DNA from: an uncultured delta proteobacterium
GTDB lineage: Bacteria; Myxococcota_A; Polyangia; Haliangiales; Haliangiaceae
DNA length: 64,000 bases
NCBI GenBank assembly: GCA_963848295.1
Contig: CAWKDB010000002.1
Location: 768,001 to 832,000, forward strand
Direction: 5' to 3'
Positions 39,019 to 50,517 of this stretch are shown here, piece after piece. Position 1 is the first letter of the stretch, and each line of letters begins with the position of its first letter. Below the pieces are notes generated by a model that worked only from the letters and a program-made list of their open reading frames with translations, ran no database searches and was not told the origin of the DNA. A program made the position numbers and the translations under genes.

Positions 39019-39689
39019 TAGTAGACCATATCGCCGATGAAGATCGTGCCGGTCGTCGAGCCCTGCGGGCCGACGAATTGCACCGGCAGGCTGATCTTGG
39101 GGCCGATCCGGATCATCGAGAACGGCCGGGTCATCGGCCGGCCGGTCGGGTCGCGAAATGCGGCGAGCAACTGGATCGTGCCCGGGCGATCGACGTCGTT
39201 GACCAGCGTCGCGGTTACGACGGCCTTGCCGAAGTCATCGCGGACGTGGATCGCTTCGACATGCATCGACGGCGGCGACTCCGGCACGAGGACGCCGCGC
39301 ACGTGGATCTTCGCGCTCGCCGCGCCGGCGCGCGCTTTCCGTTGGTCGTCGACGAGCGCGAACGTGCGGGTCTCACCGGGCGGCGTCCAGATCGACTGTG
39401 CGCGTAGGTGGCCGAGGATCGCGCCGTGCGCATCGAGCAGATCGCCGTCGAGCGAGACGTAGGCTCCTTCGGCCGCGACGCTCTTCGCGTCGACGATCAC
39501 GAACGACGCGGGCGGCTGGCCCTCGTCGCCGACGGTGTCGGTGCGCAGCTGCGCGTTCGGTGCGACGACGACCTGGTCGAGCCCGATGTGCCGGGTCGTA
39601 TTGTCGTTGCAGCTCGCGAGCGCGAGCAGAGCGCACAGACCGGCGGCCCCGCAAATCGAGTCGGCCGTCCTGGTTGCGGCACGCACCAC
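39018..39689 (-). CDS. Hypothetical lipoprotein (start uncertain)
   Basis: LLALASC lipobox; beta-rich body; ends IGDMVY at the IS junction. Confidence 0.7.
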   Translation of the reverse strand: MVRAATRTADSICGAAGLCALLALASCNDNTTRHIGLDQVVVAPNAQLRTDTVGDEGQPPASFVIVDAKSVAAEGAYVSLDGDLLDAHGAILGHLRAQSIWTPPGETRTFALVDDQRKARAGAASAKIHVRGVLVPESPPSMHVEAIHVRDDFGKAVVTATLVNDVDRPGTIQLLAAFRDPTGRPMTRPFSMIRIGPKISLPVQFVGPQGSTTGTIFIGDMVY

Positions 39690-39711
39690 GACGGTATAGC
39701 ACCCGTCGCAG

Positions 39712-40014
39712 CTAGGCGGCGCGGCCGGCCGGGCGCGCGTACATCCGCAGTAGCTCGCGCGCCTTCTCGGGCAACTCGAGCTCGCTCGTATCGAAGCCGG
39801 CGAGCGCGGTCGCCAGGGTCTGGACGCGCTCGTCATCGGTCGCGCGCTTGTCGATGATCACGCGCCACTGCATGCCGTTCGGCGCCTTGACCTTGCACAG
39901 CCCGCCGCGCATCGCGGCGTTCTGGATCCCGACCTGGAGCGGTTCGTAGCTGACTTTGATCGCGAGCTGTTCGGCGGCGGCCTCGAGGAGCTCGAGCATG
40001 ACGGCGGACTTCAT
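39712..40014 (-). CDS. Small hypothetical protein
   Basis: 100 aa; LEAAAEQLAIKVSYE...GGLCKV...VIIDKR; normal codon usage. Confidence 0.75.
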   Translation of the reverse strand: MKSAVMLELLEAAAEQLAIKVSYEPLQVGIQNAAMRGGLCKVKAPNGMQWRVIIDKRATDDERVQTLATALAGFDTSELELPEKARELLRMYARPAGRAA

Positions 40015-40059
40015 GGCGTGAGCTCACACTAGGGTCCGGCGATCGATGGCGCAACCTTT

Positions 40060-40078
40060 CTGTCCGGTAACCGGACAG
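40060..40078. promoter_or_regulatory. Perfect palindrome CTGTCCGGT-A-ACCGGACAG, candidate operator
   Basis: 9-bp arms with a 1-nt spacer; intergenic, about 45 bp upstream of the 40014 start. Confidence 0.45.
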
Positions 40079-40097
40079 CCGAGATCTCGCGGGGTTA

Positions 40098-41711
40098 CTA
40101 GCCTACGACGACATCGGAGATCGGCAGCGTCACCGAAAACAACGCTCCGCCGAGCTCGGACCGGGTCACCGCGATGTGACCGTGGTGCTGATCGACGATG
40201 TTGCGCACGATCGGCAGCCCCAGACCGGTGCCCTTGCCGTCGGGCTTGGTCGTGAAAAACGGCTCGAAGATCCGCTCTCGATCGCCGTCCGGAACGCCCG
40301 GGCCGGAGTCGGCGACCTCGATCTTGACCGTGGTCGCGCTGTCCGGTGCGGCGCGGACGATGACCCGGCCACCTTGATCGACCGCGTGCACCGCGTTCGT
40401 GATCAGGTTGATCAGCACTTGCTCGAGCTGGCCGCGCGCGGCATGGATCACGGGCAGATCCGGCGACAGATCGACCTCGAGGCCGGCGCCGCCGTGCTCG
40501 GCGACGTGCTCGCAGATCGAGACGCATTGGCGAACGACGCTCGTCAGATCGACGGGCTCGAGCTCTCTGCCGCTCGGCCTGGCGTACTGTACGAGGTCGC
40601 GCGAGAACCGCAAGATTCGCTGCGCGCCCGCACCGATCCGCCGCAGCTTCTCGACGTCGGAAGCGTCTTGGCCCTGCGCCTCGAGCCGGCGCACGAGGTA
40701 CTCGGCGTAGACCGTGATCGAAGTCAGCGGGTTGTTGAGCTCGTGAACGACACCTGCCGCGAGCTCGCCGAGGGTGGCCAGCCGCTCCTGGCGTACGACC
40801 TGTTGCTGCAACAAGTCGATCTTCGATTGGTCCTGGCCGATCGCGACGACGGCTTCGATCGCTCCACCCGGTGCGCCGGCGCGGCCGACCGGCGCGATGC
40901 TCCACACGCTGCGCACTTGACCGGCGCTGCGTGTCGGCAACATGACGGTGACCGCCGCATGGTGCTGGCCCGACAACGCCGCCGCGAACGCCGACATCAG
41001 CGGGCCGCGCTGATCGCGCGAGATGAAGTCACGGACGTCGCGGCCGAGCAGATCGTCGCGGTCGAAGCCCGTGATCTCGAGCAGCGCGCGATTGCACACC
41101 GTGATCCGCCAGCCGCGATCGATGCCGAGGATCAAGGCGTTCGCGCTGTCGAGCAGGCGTGCCTGATAATCGCGCAGGCCGATCGCATCCTCGGAGAGCC
41201 GGATCGCGCGGAGCTGTGCGGCGACCTGGCTCGCGATCGGACGGACGACCGGCTCGTCGATCCACCCGCGCCCTCCCTCGGCGGCGCCGTCGTCGCCCGG
41301 CGGGTAGCCGATGTCGAGCACACCGTAGAGCTCGCCGCTCGCCGCGAGCGGGATCGCAAAGCCGGTCGCGATGCCGGTGAACGGCGAGTCCCAGCGCTCG
41401 CGCACCGAGATCCGAGCGCTCGCCGCGACCGCGCTCTTGAGCTTCGCGCGCGCCAGCGCCTCAGCCGTCAGCGCGATGCTGTCGGCCTCGATGCCATCGC
41501 GCAGCGGCGCGCCGCGGACGTACCCACGGGCCGGCTCGCGACTCCGGATCTCGACCGCTCGCACGGCAAGGGCGCGGCCGGGCAACAGCTGCGACAGCAC
41601 GCCGAGCACGCGCTCGATCAGCGCGACCTCGGTCGCCGCGAACGGCAGCTCGAGGGCAAGCTCGCGCAGCGCGGTGAGTTGCAGCGCGTCGGGGGCGGAC
41701 TCGAGGCTCAC
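40098..41711 (-). CDS. GAF-PAS sensor histidine kinase
   Basis: [11 protein letters not shown]-box, [11 protein letters not shown]-box, [13 protein letters not shown] and GTGLGL motifs. Confidence 0.93.
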   Translation of the reverse strand: MSLESAPDALQLTALRELALELPFAATEVALIERVLGVLSQLLPGRALAVRAVEIRSREPARGYVRGAPLRDGIEADSIALTAEALARAKLKSAVAASARISVRERWDSPFTGIATGFAIPLAASGELYGVLDIGYPPGDDGAAEGGRGWIDEPVVRPIASQVAAQLRAIRLSEDAIGLRDYQARLLDSANALILGIDRGWRITVCNRALLEITGFDRDDLLGRDVRDFISRDQRGPLMSAFAAALSGQHHAAVTVMLPTRSAGQVRSVWSIAPVGRAGAPGGAIEAVVAIGQDQSKIDLLQQQVVRQERLATLGELAAGVVHELNNPLTSITVYAEYLVRRLEAQGQDASDVEKLRRIGAGAQRILRFSRDLVQYARPSGRELEPVDLTSVVRQCVSICEHVAEHGGAGLEVDLSPDLPVIHAARGQLEQVLINLITNAVHAVDQGGRVIVRAAPDSATTVKIEVADSGPGVPDGDRERIFEPFFTTKPDGKGTGLGLPIVRNIVDQHHGHIAVTRSELGGALFSVTLPISDVVVG

Positions 41712-43810
41712 TTGAGCCCTTGCCGCGACGCGAGCTCGCTGAGGTCGGTGTGGCTCGGCGTGTTCGTGACGTCGCCGGCGGGCGGTGGCGACACCGCGGA
41801 AAACTCGCCGGTCGCCGAATCGTCGCCGGCGGTCTCGGGCTTGGCCAGCGGCTCTTGCTCGGAGGTCGCGCGATCGAGATCGAGCATCTTCGCGCTACCG
41901 ACGTAATCGGTCGTTTCGTATTTCGTGATCTTGCCGATCTTCTTGACGATGCTGGCCATCCGCTCGGCTTCGGACAAGATCACCCGGACCGCGCGCATGT
42001 GAGCCGCGTCGGCCGCGCTCTGGCGCACGATCAGTTGACCGTACGCCATCACCGCGGTCAGCGGTTGGTTGAGCTCGTGCGCCGCAGCGCCCGCGAGCTC
42101 GGCGACGAGCGCCTGCTTCTCCGACAGCTGGAGCTTTTGCTGCGCATCGAGCAAGCGTTGCTCCATGCGAATCCGCTCGCGCAAGTCGGTCAGGATGCCG
42201 ACGGTCGCGACCTCGCGCTCGCCCTCGTAGATGATCGAGGCGGTCATGCTGACCGGCACGAGGTCGCCGGTCGCGATCTTGACCTCGCGGCGGATCTGCT
42301 CGAGCCGGCCGACGCCACCGTACGACGTCGAGCGCAGCATGCGCATGATCTGGCGACCGCCGCTCGCTTCGTAAAGCTCCCACACCGGCTTCTTGCCGAT
42401 CACGTCGCGAGCGGCTGCCCCGAACAGCCGCTCGGCGCCTTGGTTGAACAGGATGATCAGGCCGCGCATGTCGGCGGCGATGATCGCGTCGACCGTGGAG
42501 TCGATCAGGCGCTCGAGAAATTCCTTCGTCGAGCGCAGCTCTCGTTCGAGCGCGCGCTCGGCGGTGACGTCGCGAAACGCTAGGATCACTGCACCGGTGC
42601 CGGCGAGCACGGTCGACGTCGAAGCCGACACCCAGACCGGCGCGCCGGACGTCGTCGACAGCTCGAGATCGAAGCCATCGACGTTGACCCCGGCGAGCAC
42701 GCGCGAGATCGCCTCGATGATCTGCTCGCGCTGCGAGCTCGGCACGAGGTCGACGAGCTCGCTGCCGAGCAGGCCGTCGCGCGCGAACCCGGTGATGCGT
42801 TCGGCCGCGCGGTTGACGAACAGGATCCGCCCGGCGTCGTCGAGCACGACGACACCGTCGGCGCCGGCCTCGAAGTGCTCCTTGAGCGAGTCGATGCCGC
42901 GTAGCCGGCGCTCCGCCTCGTAGCGCGCGCGAGACACCCGATGGGTCTGCTCGCGCAAGCTCTCGAGCACCGCGCCGTGCCGCAGGTGCGCCGCGGTGAT
43001 ACTCGCGATCAACTTACCGAGCTCGACGCCGCGCGGGCCGACATGGCCGACGCCGGGCAACAGCTTGCGCAGCAGGATCGCGCCGAGCGAGCGACCGCGC
43101 CACTGGACCGGGAACACGACGATGCCGCGGACTCGCCGCGACGACAGCAGGTCGGCGACCGACGCGGTGAGGGTGTGGGTGAGCGCGTCGTCGATCAGCA
43201 CCGGCGCACCGCTGCGCATCGCCTCGCTGATCTCGGGATACTGCGCGATCGACAGCGTGAACCGCGACAGCGGCTCGGCATCGCTCGCGGCGACGACGAA
43301 CGCGTGATCCGAGCCTTCGCTGTGCGCGACGAGCGAGGCGCGATCGAAGCCGAGCAGCCCGGCGGTGATCGTCAGCACCGAGACGAGCGCCTCGGCATCA
43401 TCGCCGTTCGCGGTGAGGACATCGTTGATCTTCGCGAGCGCCTGCGCACCGGCACCATCGCGCCGCGCGAGCTTGACGAGGTTGCGACACCGGTTCGCGA
43501 TCACCCCCGACGCGGTCGGCAGCTGCACGACATCGGTCGCTCCGGCCGCGAGTGCCGCGGTCGCGACCGACGACGGGATCGCCGCGACGAGCGCGAGGAT
43601 CGGGGTCTCGGCGAGCGCCGGCAGGTCGCGCGCTTCGCTGATCAGCTGGGCGGCGTCGGCTCCGATCACGACGAGCAGCCCGGGGAGCCCATCGGTCGAG
43701 GACAGGTGGGTCGCCGCGCGCGCCGGCAAGGCGCTCGACATCAGCTGCTCGACCAGCGCGTCGCGCTCGTCTGCGTTGCCACCGAGCACGACGATTGGGG
43801 GCGCGTCCAC
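41708..43810 (-). CDS. Receiver-like-GAF-PAS-PAS-HisKA protein lacking an ATPase domain
   Basis: Two PAS domains (FVNRAAERITG, FNQGAERLFG) and AAAHELNQPL H-box, then only a short low-complexity tail. Confidence 0.88.
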   Translation of the reverse strand: MDAPPIVVLGGNADERDALVEQLMSSALPARAATHLSSTDGLPGLLVVIGADAAQLISEARDLPALAETPILALVAAIPSSVATAALAAGATDVVQLPTASGVIANRCRNLVKLARRDGAGAQALAKINDVLTANGDDAEALVSVLTITAGLLGFDRASLVAHSEGSDHAFVVAASDAEPLSRFTLSIAQYPEISEAMRSGAPVLIDDALTHTLTASVADLLSSRRVRGIVVFPVQWRGRSLGAILLRKLLPGVGHVGPRGVELGKLIASITAAHLRHGAVLESLREQTHRVSRARYEAERRLRGIDSLKEHFEAGADGVVVLDDAGRILFVNRAAERITGFARDGLLGSELVDLVPSSQREQIIEAISRVLAGVNVDGFDLELSTTSGAPVWVSASTSTVLAGTGAVILAFRDVTAERALERELRSTKEFLERLIDSTVDAIIAADMRGLIILFNQGAERLFGAAARDVIGKKPVWELYEASGGRQIMRMLRSTSYGGVGRLEQIRREVKIATGDLVPVSMTASIIYEGEREVATVGILTDLRERIRMEQRLLDAQQKLQLSEKQALVAELAGAAAHELNQPLTAVMAYGQLIVRQSAADAAHMRAVRVILSEAERMASIVKKIGKITKYETTDYVGSAKMLDLDRATSEQEPLAKPETAGDDSATGEFSAVSPPPAGDVTNTPSHTDLSELASRQGLK

Positions 43811-43836
43811 GTCGCGGAATTATAGCGGGCTTTGTG

Positions 43837-45107
<1,271 letters not shown>

Positions 45108-45111
<4 letters not shown>

Positions 45112-45866
45112 CGCCGCACCGCCAGCCGCGCGATCTTCACGGCGGCCACGGCGGCACCGACGCCATTGTCGATGTTGACGACGGTGATCCCCGGCGCGCA
45201 TGACGACAGCAGCGAGCCGAGCGCCACCAAGCCGTCGATCGAAACGCCATAGCCGACGCTCGTCGGCACCGCGATCATCGGCCGATCGACGAGCCCGCCG
45301 AGCACCGACGGCAACGCCGCCTCCATTCCGGCGATCGCGATGACGACCTCGGCGCTCGCGATGTCCGGCAACCGGACGAGCAGCCGATGCAGCCCGGCGA
45401 CCCCGACGTCGTAGATCCGTGCCACGGGCGCGCCGAGGAACTCGCAGACCAGGGCCGCCTCTTCCGCGACCGAAACGTCGCTCGTCCCGGCGCACACGAT
45501 CGCGATCTGTCCGGCGGCCGGACGAGCCGGGGCTGGGCCGAGCGTGGCGATCCGGGCGACCTCGTGATAGCGAAGCTCGGGCACGAGCTCGCCCAGCCGC
45601 AGCGCCTTGCCCGGATCGACCCGGGTCGCGATCGCACCTCCACTCTTCGCCAGCTCGCGCATCGCCGCGGCGATCTGCTCGGCGGTCTTGCCCGCGCCGA
45701 ACACGAGCTCGGGCACGCCGGTGCGCAGCTCGCGGTGGTGATCGATCACCGCGTCGCGAATCGCCGCGGCATCCGGTAGCTCACCGAGTTGCTTCGCCGC
45801 GTCGGCAGGCGCGAGCACGCCGGTCCGGACGTCGTCGAGCAGGCGCAGCAACCGCGTGCGATCCAC
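45108..45866 (-). CDS. larB: Nickel pincer cofactor biosynthesis protein LarB
   Basis: [60 protein letters not shown] and VVNIDNG motifs. Confidence 0.95.
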
Positions 45867-45908
45867 GAGCTACTCCTAGCACGCCCGCTCCTCGGTCGGC
45901 ATGCGTTG

Positions 45909-47162
45909 CTAAGCCTTCTTGCGCCGCGTGATCCGCACCGCTTCGATCGCGCGGTCATTCGCCGCGACGACCTCGATCGAGACCACGCCGAGCGTCAGGC
46001 TCTCGCCGCGATCCGGAATGCGCCGGAACCGCTCGATCAACAGCCCCGCGATCGTCTCGTAGTCGTCGCTCTCGGGCAGCCCGAGCTCGAGCTCGGAGTT
46101 GAGCCGCGACACCGTCGTGCGCGCCGCGATCAACCAGACGCCGGGTTTCTCGGCTTTGATCGGCGAGGGCTCGTGGTCGTACTCGTCATCGATCTCGCCG
46201 ACGATGATCTCGAGCATGTCCTCGATCGTCACGATCCCGACGGCACCGCCGTACTCGTCGACGACGATCGCGAGGTGTTGCTGCTCGGTCTGGAGCTGGA
46301 CGAGCAGATCCGACGCCTTCATCGTCTCGGGCACGTACAGCGGCGGGTGCGCGAGCATGGCGAGCGTCTCCTCGAGCGCGGGCTTCGCAGCGCTCGCCGC
46401 CTGCAGGATGTCGAAGACATGAACGACGCCGACGATGTCGTCGATCCGCGAGCGATAGATCGGCATGCGCGAGTGTTGCTTGTCGGCGACCTCGTGCGCC
46501 GCCTCGCTCACCGGCGCATCCTCGGGCAACGCGGTGACCTCCGACAGCGGCACCATCAGGTCGCCGACCCGGTACTCGGACAGCTCGAAGACGTTCGCGA
46601 TCATCTCGCGCTCGTCCGCGCTGATCTCCGGCTTGTCGCCGTGCGGCTCGCTCTCGATCAGCAGCGCGAGCTCCTCGCGCGTCACGAACGCCTTGCCGCG
46701 ATCCGTGCGGGTGACGCGGGTCAGCGCCGATGCATAGCCACCGACGACCGCGACCAGCGGGCGCAATACGAACGATGCGAGCCGCAGCGGCGCCGCGATC
46801 AGGTCGATCATCCGATCGGCATGGGCACCGACGACCGCTTTCGGCACGAGGTTGCCGATCACCACGAGCGGCGGCACGACGACGAGGGGCGCCCACAGCG
46901 GCGACTCGCCGCGGCGCGCGAGCTCGACCGCGAACACGAGCGTTGCGATCAGCGTCGTGAGGTTCGCCCCGATCAGCGTCGTGGCGAGCGAGATCTGCGG
47001 TTGGGCTAACATCGTTTCGGCACGCCCCGCGGCGACACCACCGGCGGCAGCCCGCGCACGCAGCGCCTTGCGATCGCACGCCGACAACGCGACCTCGGCC
47101 GCGACGAAGAACGCTTGCGCCATCGCGCAACCGATCAGCACGACGACGAGCGTCGAGGTCAA
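45909..47162 (-). CDS. Hemolysin-family CNNM (DUF21)-CBS-CorC protein
   Basis: [42 protein letters not shown] and YETIAGL motifs. Confidence 0.92.
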   Translation of the reverse strand: MTSTLVVVLIGCAMAQAFFVAAEVALSACDRKALRARAAAGGVAAGRAETMLAQPQISLATTLIGANLTTLIATLVFAVELARRGESPLWAPLVVVPPLVVIGNLVPKAVVGAHADRMIDLIAAPLRLASFVLRPLVAVVGGYASALTRVTRTDRGKAFVTREELALLIESEPHGDKPEISADEREMIANVFELSEYRVGDLMVPLSEVTALPEDAPVSEAAHEVADKQHSRMPIYRSRIDDIVGVVHVFDILQAASAAKPALEETLAMLAHPPLYVPETMKASDLLVQLQTEQQHLAIVVDEYGGAVGIVTIEDMLEIIVGEIDDEYDHEPSPIKAEKPGVWLIAARTTVSRLNSELELGLPESDDYETIAGLLIERFRRIPDRGESLTLGVVSIEVVAANDRAIEAVRITRRKKA

Positions 47163-48328
47163 TTCTTGTCTCCAGAGCGGACGAGCTCCTCGACATCGGC
47201 GGCAGGCGGGGTGACCTCGTCGGTCGGGTGGATCGGCTGCACCGGCCCACTGCGCAGGTCGGCTTGCGAGATCGGCACGCCCGGCGCAGGCGTCCGCGCC
47301 CGGATGCGCAGGTTCGGCATCGACGCCTGCAGGTCGGTGCGCTCGTCGCGCAACACGCCGAAGATCTGGGCGAGCAAGTCATCCATCGTGACGAGGCCGA
47401 GCACCTTGCCGTACTCGCTGACACGACGATCGCCATGTGCACTTTCTTCTGTTTGAACGTGAGGAACAGCCGCTTGATCGGTGTCGTCCTCGGCACGAAC
47501 AGCGGCTCGTGCAACAGCTCGACGAGCGGCTTGCCGACGCCGACGCACGAGATCCTTCGCGTTGACCGTGCCGCGAATGTTGTCGAGCGACTTTTGATAG
47601 ATCGGCACCCGCGAGAACCCGCGCGTCGCGATCTCTTTGACCAGACGTTGCATCGGCAGGTCGTACGACAGCGCGAAGATCCGATCGCGGGGCGTCATCA
47701 CCTGGCCGACGTTCTTGTCGGAGAACTCGAACACGCGGTGGATCAGCCGCCGTTCGCGTGCGTCCACCTGACCCTGCGCCGAGCCGGCATCGACCAGCTT
47801 GCGAAACTCCTCCTCGGACAGATCGCGCGTCGGCCGAGGGCGAACCGCATCGCCGAGCGGACGCAGTAGCACCGCCGCGATCGTCTGGATCACGATCCGC
47901 ACCGGCGCGACGACGATCCCGAACGCGGCGAGCGGATACGCACATGCCCGTGCCCAGCCGAGCGGCGCCTTCGCGGCGAGCGTCTTCATCGTGACCTCGG
48001 TGACGAGCACGACGAGCGCGAGCGCGCCCGCGAGCACGACGCCGGCGAGCGCCCACGCCGACTCCGTTGGCCACAGCTCGCGCGCCGCGGCGAACGCGAC
48101 GACCGCGACGACTCCGTTGAGCGCCTCGTTGCCGATCAGCACGGTCGTGGTCAACCGGCGCGGGCTGCCGAGCATCGCCGTGATCCGGCGATCGACCCCG
48201 CGCGCGCTGCGCGCGAGGTGTTCGCGATCGACCCGACGAAGCGAGAACAGCGCGACCTCGGTACCCGAGCAAAACCCCGACACCACGACGCAGGCGAGCG
48301 CGATCGGAATCGCGACGGCGAGCTCCAT
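47159..48328 (-). CDS. CNNM (DUF21)-CBS protein; two compensating frameshifts near 47545 and 47420
   Basis: [17 protein letters not shown] and GFSRVPIY motifs. The CBS segment [16 protein letters not shown]...HMAIVV sits in another frame, then [15 protein letters not shown] resumes. Confidence 0.85.
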   Translation of the reverse strand: MELAVAIPIALACVVVSGFCSGTEVALFSLRRVDREHLARSARGVDRRITAMLGSPRRLTTTVLIGNEALNGVVAVVAFAAARELWPTESAWALAGVVLAGALALVVLVTEVTMKTLAAKAPLGWARACAYPLAAFGIVVAPVRIVIQTIAAVLLRPLGDAVRPRPTRDLSEEEFRKLVDAGSAQGQVDARERRLIHRVFEFSDKNVGQVMTPRDRIFALSYDLPMQRLVKEIATRGFSRVPIYQKSLDNIRGTVNAKDLVRRRRQAARRAVARAAVRAEDDTDQAAVPHVQTEESAHGDRRVSEYGKVLGLVTMDDLLAQIFGVLRDERTDLQASMPNLRIRARTPAPGVPISQADLRSGPVQPIHPTDEVTPPAADVEELVRSGDKN

Positions 48329-48331
48329 GCG

Positions 48332-49456
48332 CTAGCCGGCCTCGTGCGGCATCGGGAACGTCGCGGTGAACACCGAGCCCTGGCCCGGCGTCGTGTCGAC
48401 CCAGATCCGCCCACCGTGCGCTTCGACGTACGCCTTCGCGAGCGTGAGCCCCAACCCGGTGCCGCCAAAGGCACGCGTCGACGACGAGTCGACCTGGAAG
48501 AACGGCTCGAAGATCTTCGCGACTTGATCGCGCGAGATGCCGATGCCGGAGTCGCTGACCACGAGCTGGATCGCGCGCTCGGTCGTGATCTCGGCGACCT
48601 CGCCCGGTGCGAGCGGGCCGCGCCGCACGGCGACCCCGACGCGCCCGCGATCGGGCGTGAACTTCACCGCGTTCGACAGCAGGCTCGACACGACCTGCCG
48701 GATCTTCTTGCGGTCTCCGACGACGAACGTGTCGCCGTTCGCGTCGAGTTGGATCGCGATGCCGCGCTTGCCGGCCTGCGGCGTGAACGTCGCGATCTCG
48801 CTCGCGACGATCTCGGCCAGCGACAACGCGCTGCGCTCGAGTGCGAGCTCGCCCGACTCGAGCGACCCGACGTCGAGCACGGCGGTGATCAGCTGGAGCA
48901 GCTGCTCGGCCTTCGACAGGATCGTCGTCAGGTACTCGCGCTGCTCGATCGTGACCGGGCCGGCGATACCCTCCGACATCATCTCGGCGTAGCCGATCAC
49001 CGAGGTCAGCGGCGTGCGCAGCTCGTGCGACATCGTCGCGAGGAAGTTCGACTTCAGCCGATCGAGCTCTTCCATCCGAGCGACCGCGCGCTGCAGCCGC
49101 ATGTTGTGCTCGGTCAGCTCGCCGAAGGTCGCGCGCATCGCGGACTCGTGGGTCGCCGCCGCGAGCGCACGCGCATTCGCGTGGTGGACGATCAGGCCGA
49201 GCGAGTCGGCGAGCAGATCGAGCGCGGCGTCCGCGGCGGGTCCGGTCGCGGCGAGCTGGGCGAGCGGCTCGCCATCGTGATCGAGGTGACGGCGCGGGGG
49301 ACCGGCCTGCGCGCTGCCCGCGACCCGGCGGCCCGCGACGTAGATCGCGAGCTCGCCGCCGAGCGCTCGCTGGATCGCGGCGATCAGCTCGTCGAGCTCA
49401 CCCGGCGGCACCAGGCGAGCGAGCTCGACTGGCGCATCGAGCGGGCCCGTGGTCAC
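48332..49456 (-). CDS. Cytoplasmic sensor histidine kinase
   Basis: FLATMSHELRTPL, NAVKFT, DSGIGI, FEPFFQVD and GGTGLGL motifs. Confidence 0.93.
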   Translation of the reverse strand: MTTGPLDAPVELARLVPPGELDELIAAIQRALGGELAIYVAGRRVAGSAQAGPPRRHLDHDGEPLAQLAATGPAADAALDLLADSLGLIVHHANARALAAATHESAMRATFGELTEHNMRLQRAVARMEELDRLKSNFLATMSHELRTPLTSVIGYAEMMSEGIAGPVTIEQREYLTTILSKAEQLLQLITAVLDVGSLESGELALERSALSLAEIVASEIATFTPQAGKRGIAIQLDANGDTFVVGDRKKIRQVVSSLLSNAVKFTPDRGRVGVAVRRGPLAPGEVAEITTERAIQLVVSDSGIGISRDQVAKIFEPFFQVDSSSTRAFGGTGLGLTLAKAYVEAHGGRIWVDTTPGQGSVFTATFPMPHEAG

Positions 49457-49468
49457 CCCGTTATTCTA

Positions 49469-50119
49469 TCACCCCGCCGCCCCGACGTGCTCGGCCAGGG
49501 CTCGGCGGAACGCCGCACTGTCCACCCCGAGCTTTTCGACGAGTCGCAGGTCGCGATCGAGGTGATCCCACGCGTTTGCGACGAGCTCGAAGAAGGTGGG
49601 CAGCACGCCGGTCCCGTTCGTCGCGGTGGCTTCCACGACCGCGCGGGCCGGGTCGCCGAACCGATCGACCGCGGCCAACGGCACGCGATCGGGTAAGTCG
49701 CGCTTGTTGTACTGGACGACGACCGGAATCGCGTCGAGCTGGTTCGCGTGCAGGTTCGCGACGAGGTTCGCCCACGCCATGCTGTTCGCCTCGACCTGGC
49801 TCGGGCTCGAGTCGGCGACGAACACGACGCCGTCGCTGCCGGCGAGCACGAGCTTGCGGGTGTGCTCGTGCGCCGGCTGGCCGGGCACGGTGTAGACCTT
49901 GATCCGGAACGAGAAGTTCGACGTCCGAAAGAAGATCGGGAACAGATCGAAGAACAACGTGCGATCGTCGCGCGTGTCCAGCGTCATCAGCCGGCCGCGG
50001 TTGAGGCGATCGACCATCGTGTGCAACGCGCGCAGGTTGCTGGTCTTGCCCGACAGCGGCGGCCCGTAATAGACGAGCTTGAGCGTCAGCTGGCGCTCGG
50101 CGAAGTCGACTAGGGCCAC
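49469..50119 (-). CDS. MglA-family small GTPase (paralog with no adjacent mglB)
   Basis: KLVYYGPPLSGKTSN, DRTLFFDL, YTVPGQ, DGVVFVADS and QYNKRDLP motifs. Confidence 0.9.
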   Translation of the reverse strand: MALVDFAERQLTLKLVYYGPPLSGKTSNLRALHTMVDRLNRGRLMTLDTRDDRTLFFDLFPIFFRTSNFSFRIKVYTVPGQPAHEHTRKLVLAGSDGVVFVADSSPSQVEANSMAWANLVANLHANQLDAIPVVVQYNKRDLPDRVPLAAVDRFGDPARAVVEATATNGTGVLPTFFELVANAWDHLDRDLRLVEKLGVDSAAFRRALAEHVGAAG

Positions 50120-50132
50120 ACGAAAGGGTAGC

Positions 50133-50510
50133 TCAGCGCGGCTCGGTTGTGGGGGCCGGCGTCGCCGCGGCAGTCTGGCGTTGCGCGAGCATGTACAGCA
50201 GGCCGATCACCGCGGCTAGCGCGAGCACGACCAGCACCGCGAGCTGATAGCGCGGGCTGGTCTTCTCGGGCAGCTGGGTCGCGGTCGCGCGCATCGTGGC
50301 CTCGGCGGCGCGTACGATCTTCGCGAGTTGCCGGTCAGCGATCGGATCGCCCTTGCGCTCGCTATAGACGCGCGCCGCCCACGCGTAACTGCCAGTGCGG
50401 GCGATATCGGCGAACAGCGCGTCGTGCAGCGCGTCGTCTTGCCAGCCCTCGACCACGCGCGTCCACGCGGCAGCTACCGACGGTGGCGCGTCATGGACCG
50501 ACTCGGTCAC
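50133..50510 (-). CDS. Small hypothetical membrane protein
   Basis: Fills the operon gap; one C-terminal TM helix. Confidence 0.7.
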   Translation of the reverse strand: MTESVHDAPPSVAAAWTRVVEGWQDDALHDALFADIARTGSYAWAARVYSERKGDPIADRQLAKIVRAAEATMRATATQLPEKTSPRYQLAVLVVLALAAVIGLLYMLAQRQTAAATPAPTTEPR

Positions 50511-50517
50511 CGGGGAT

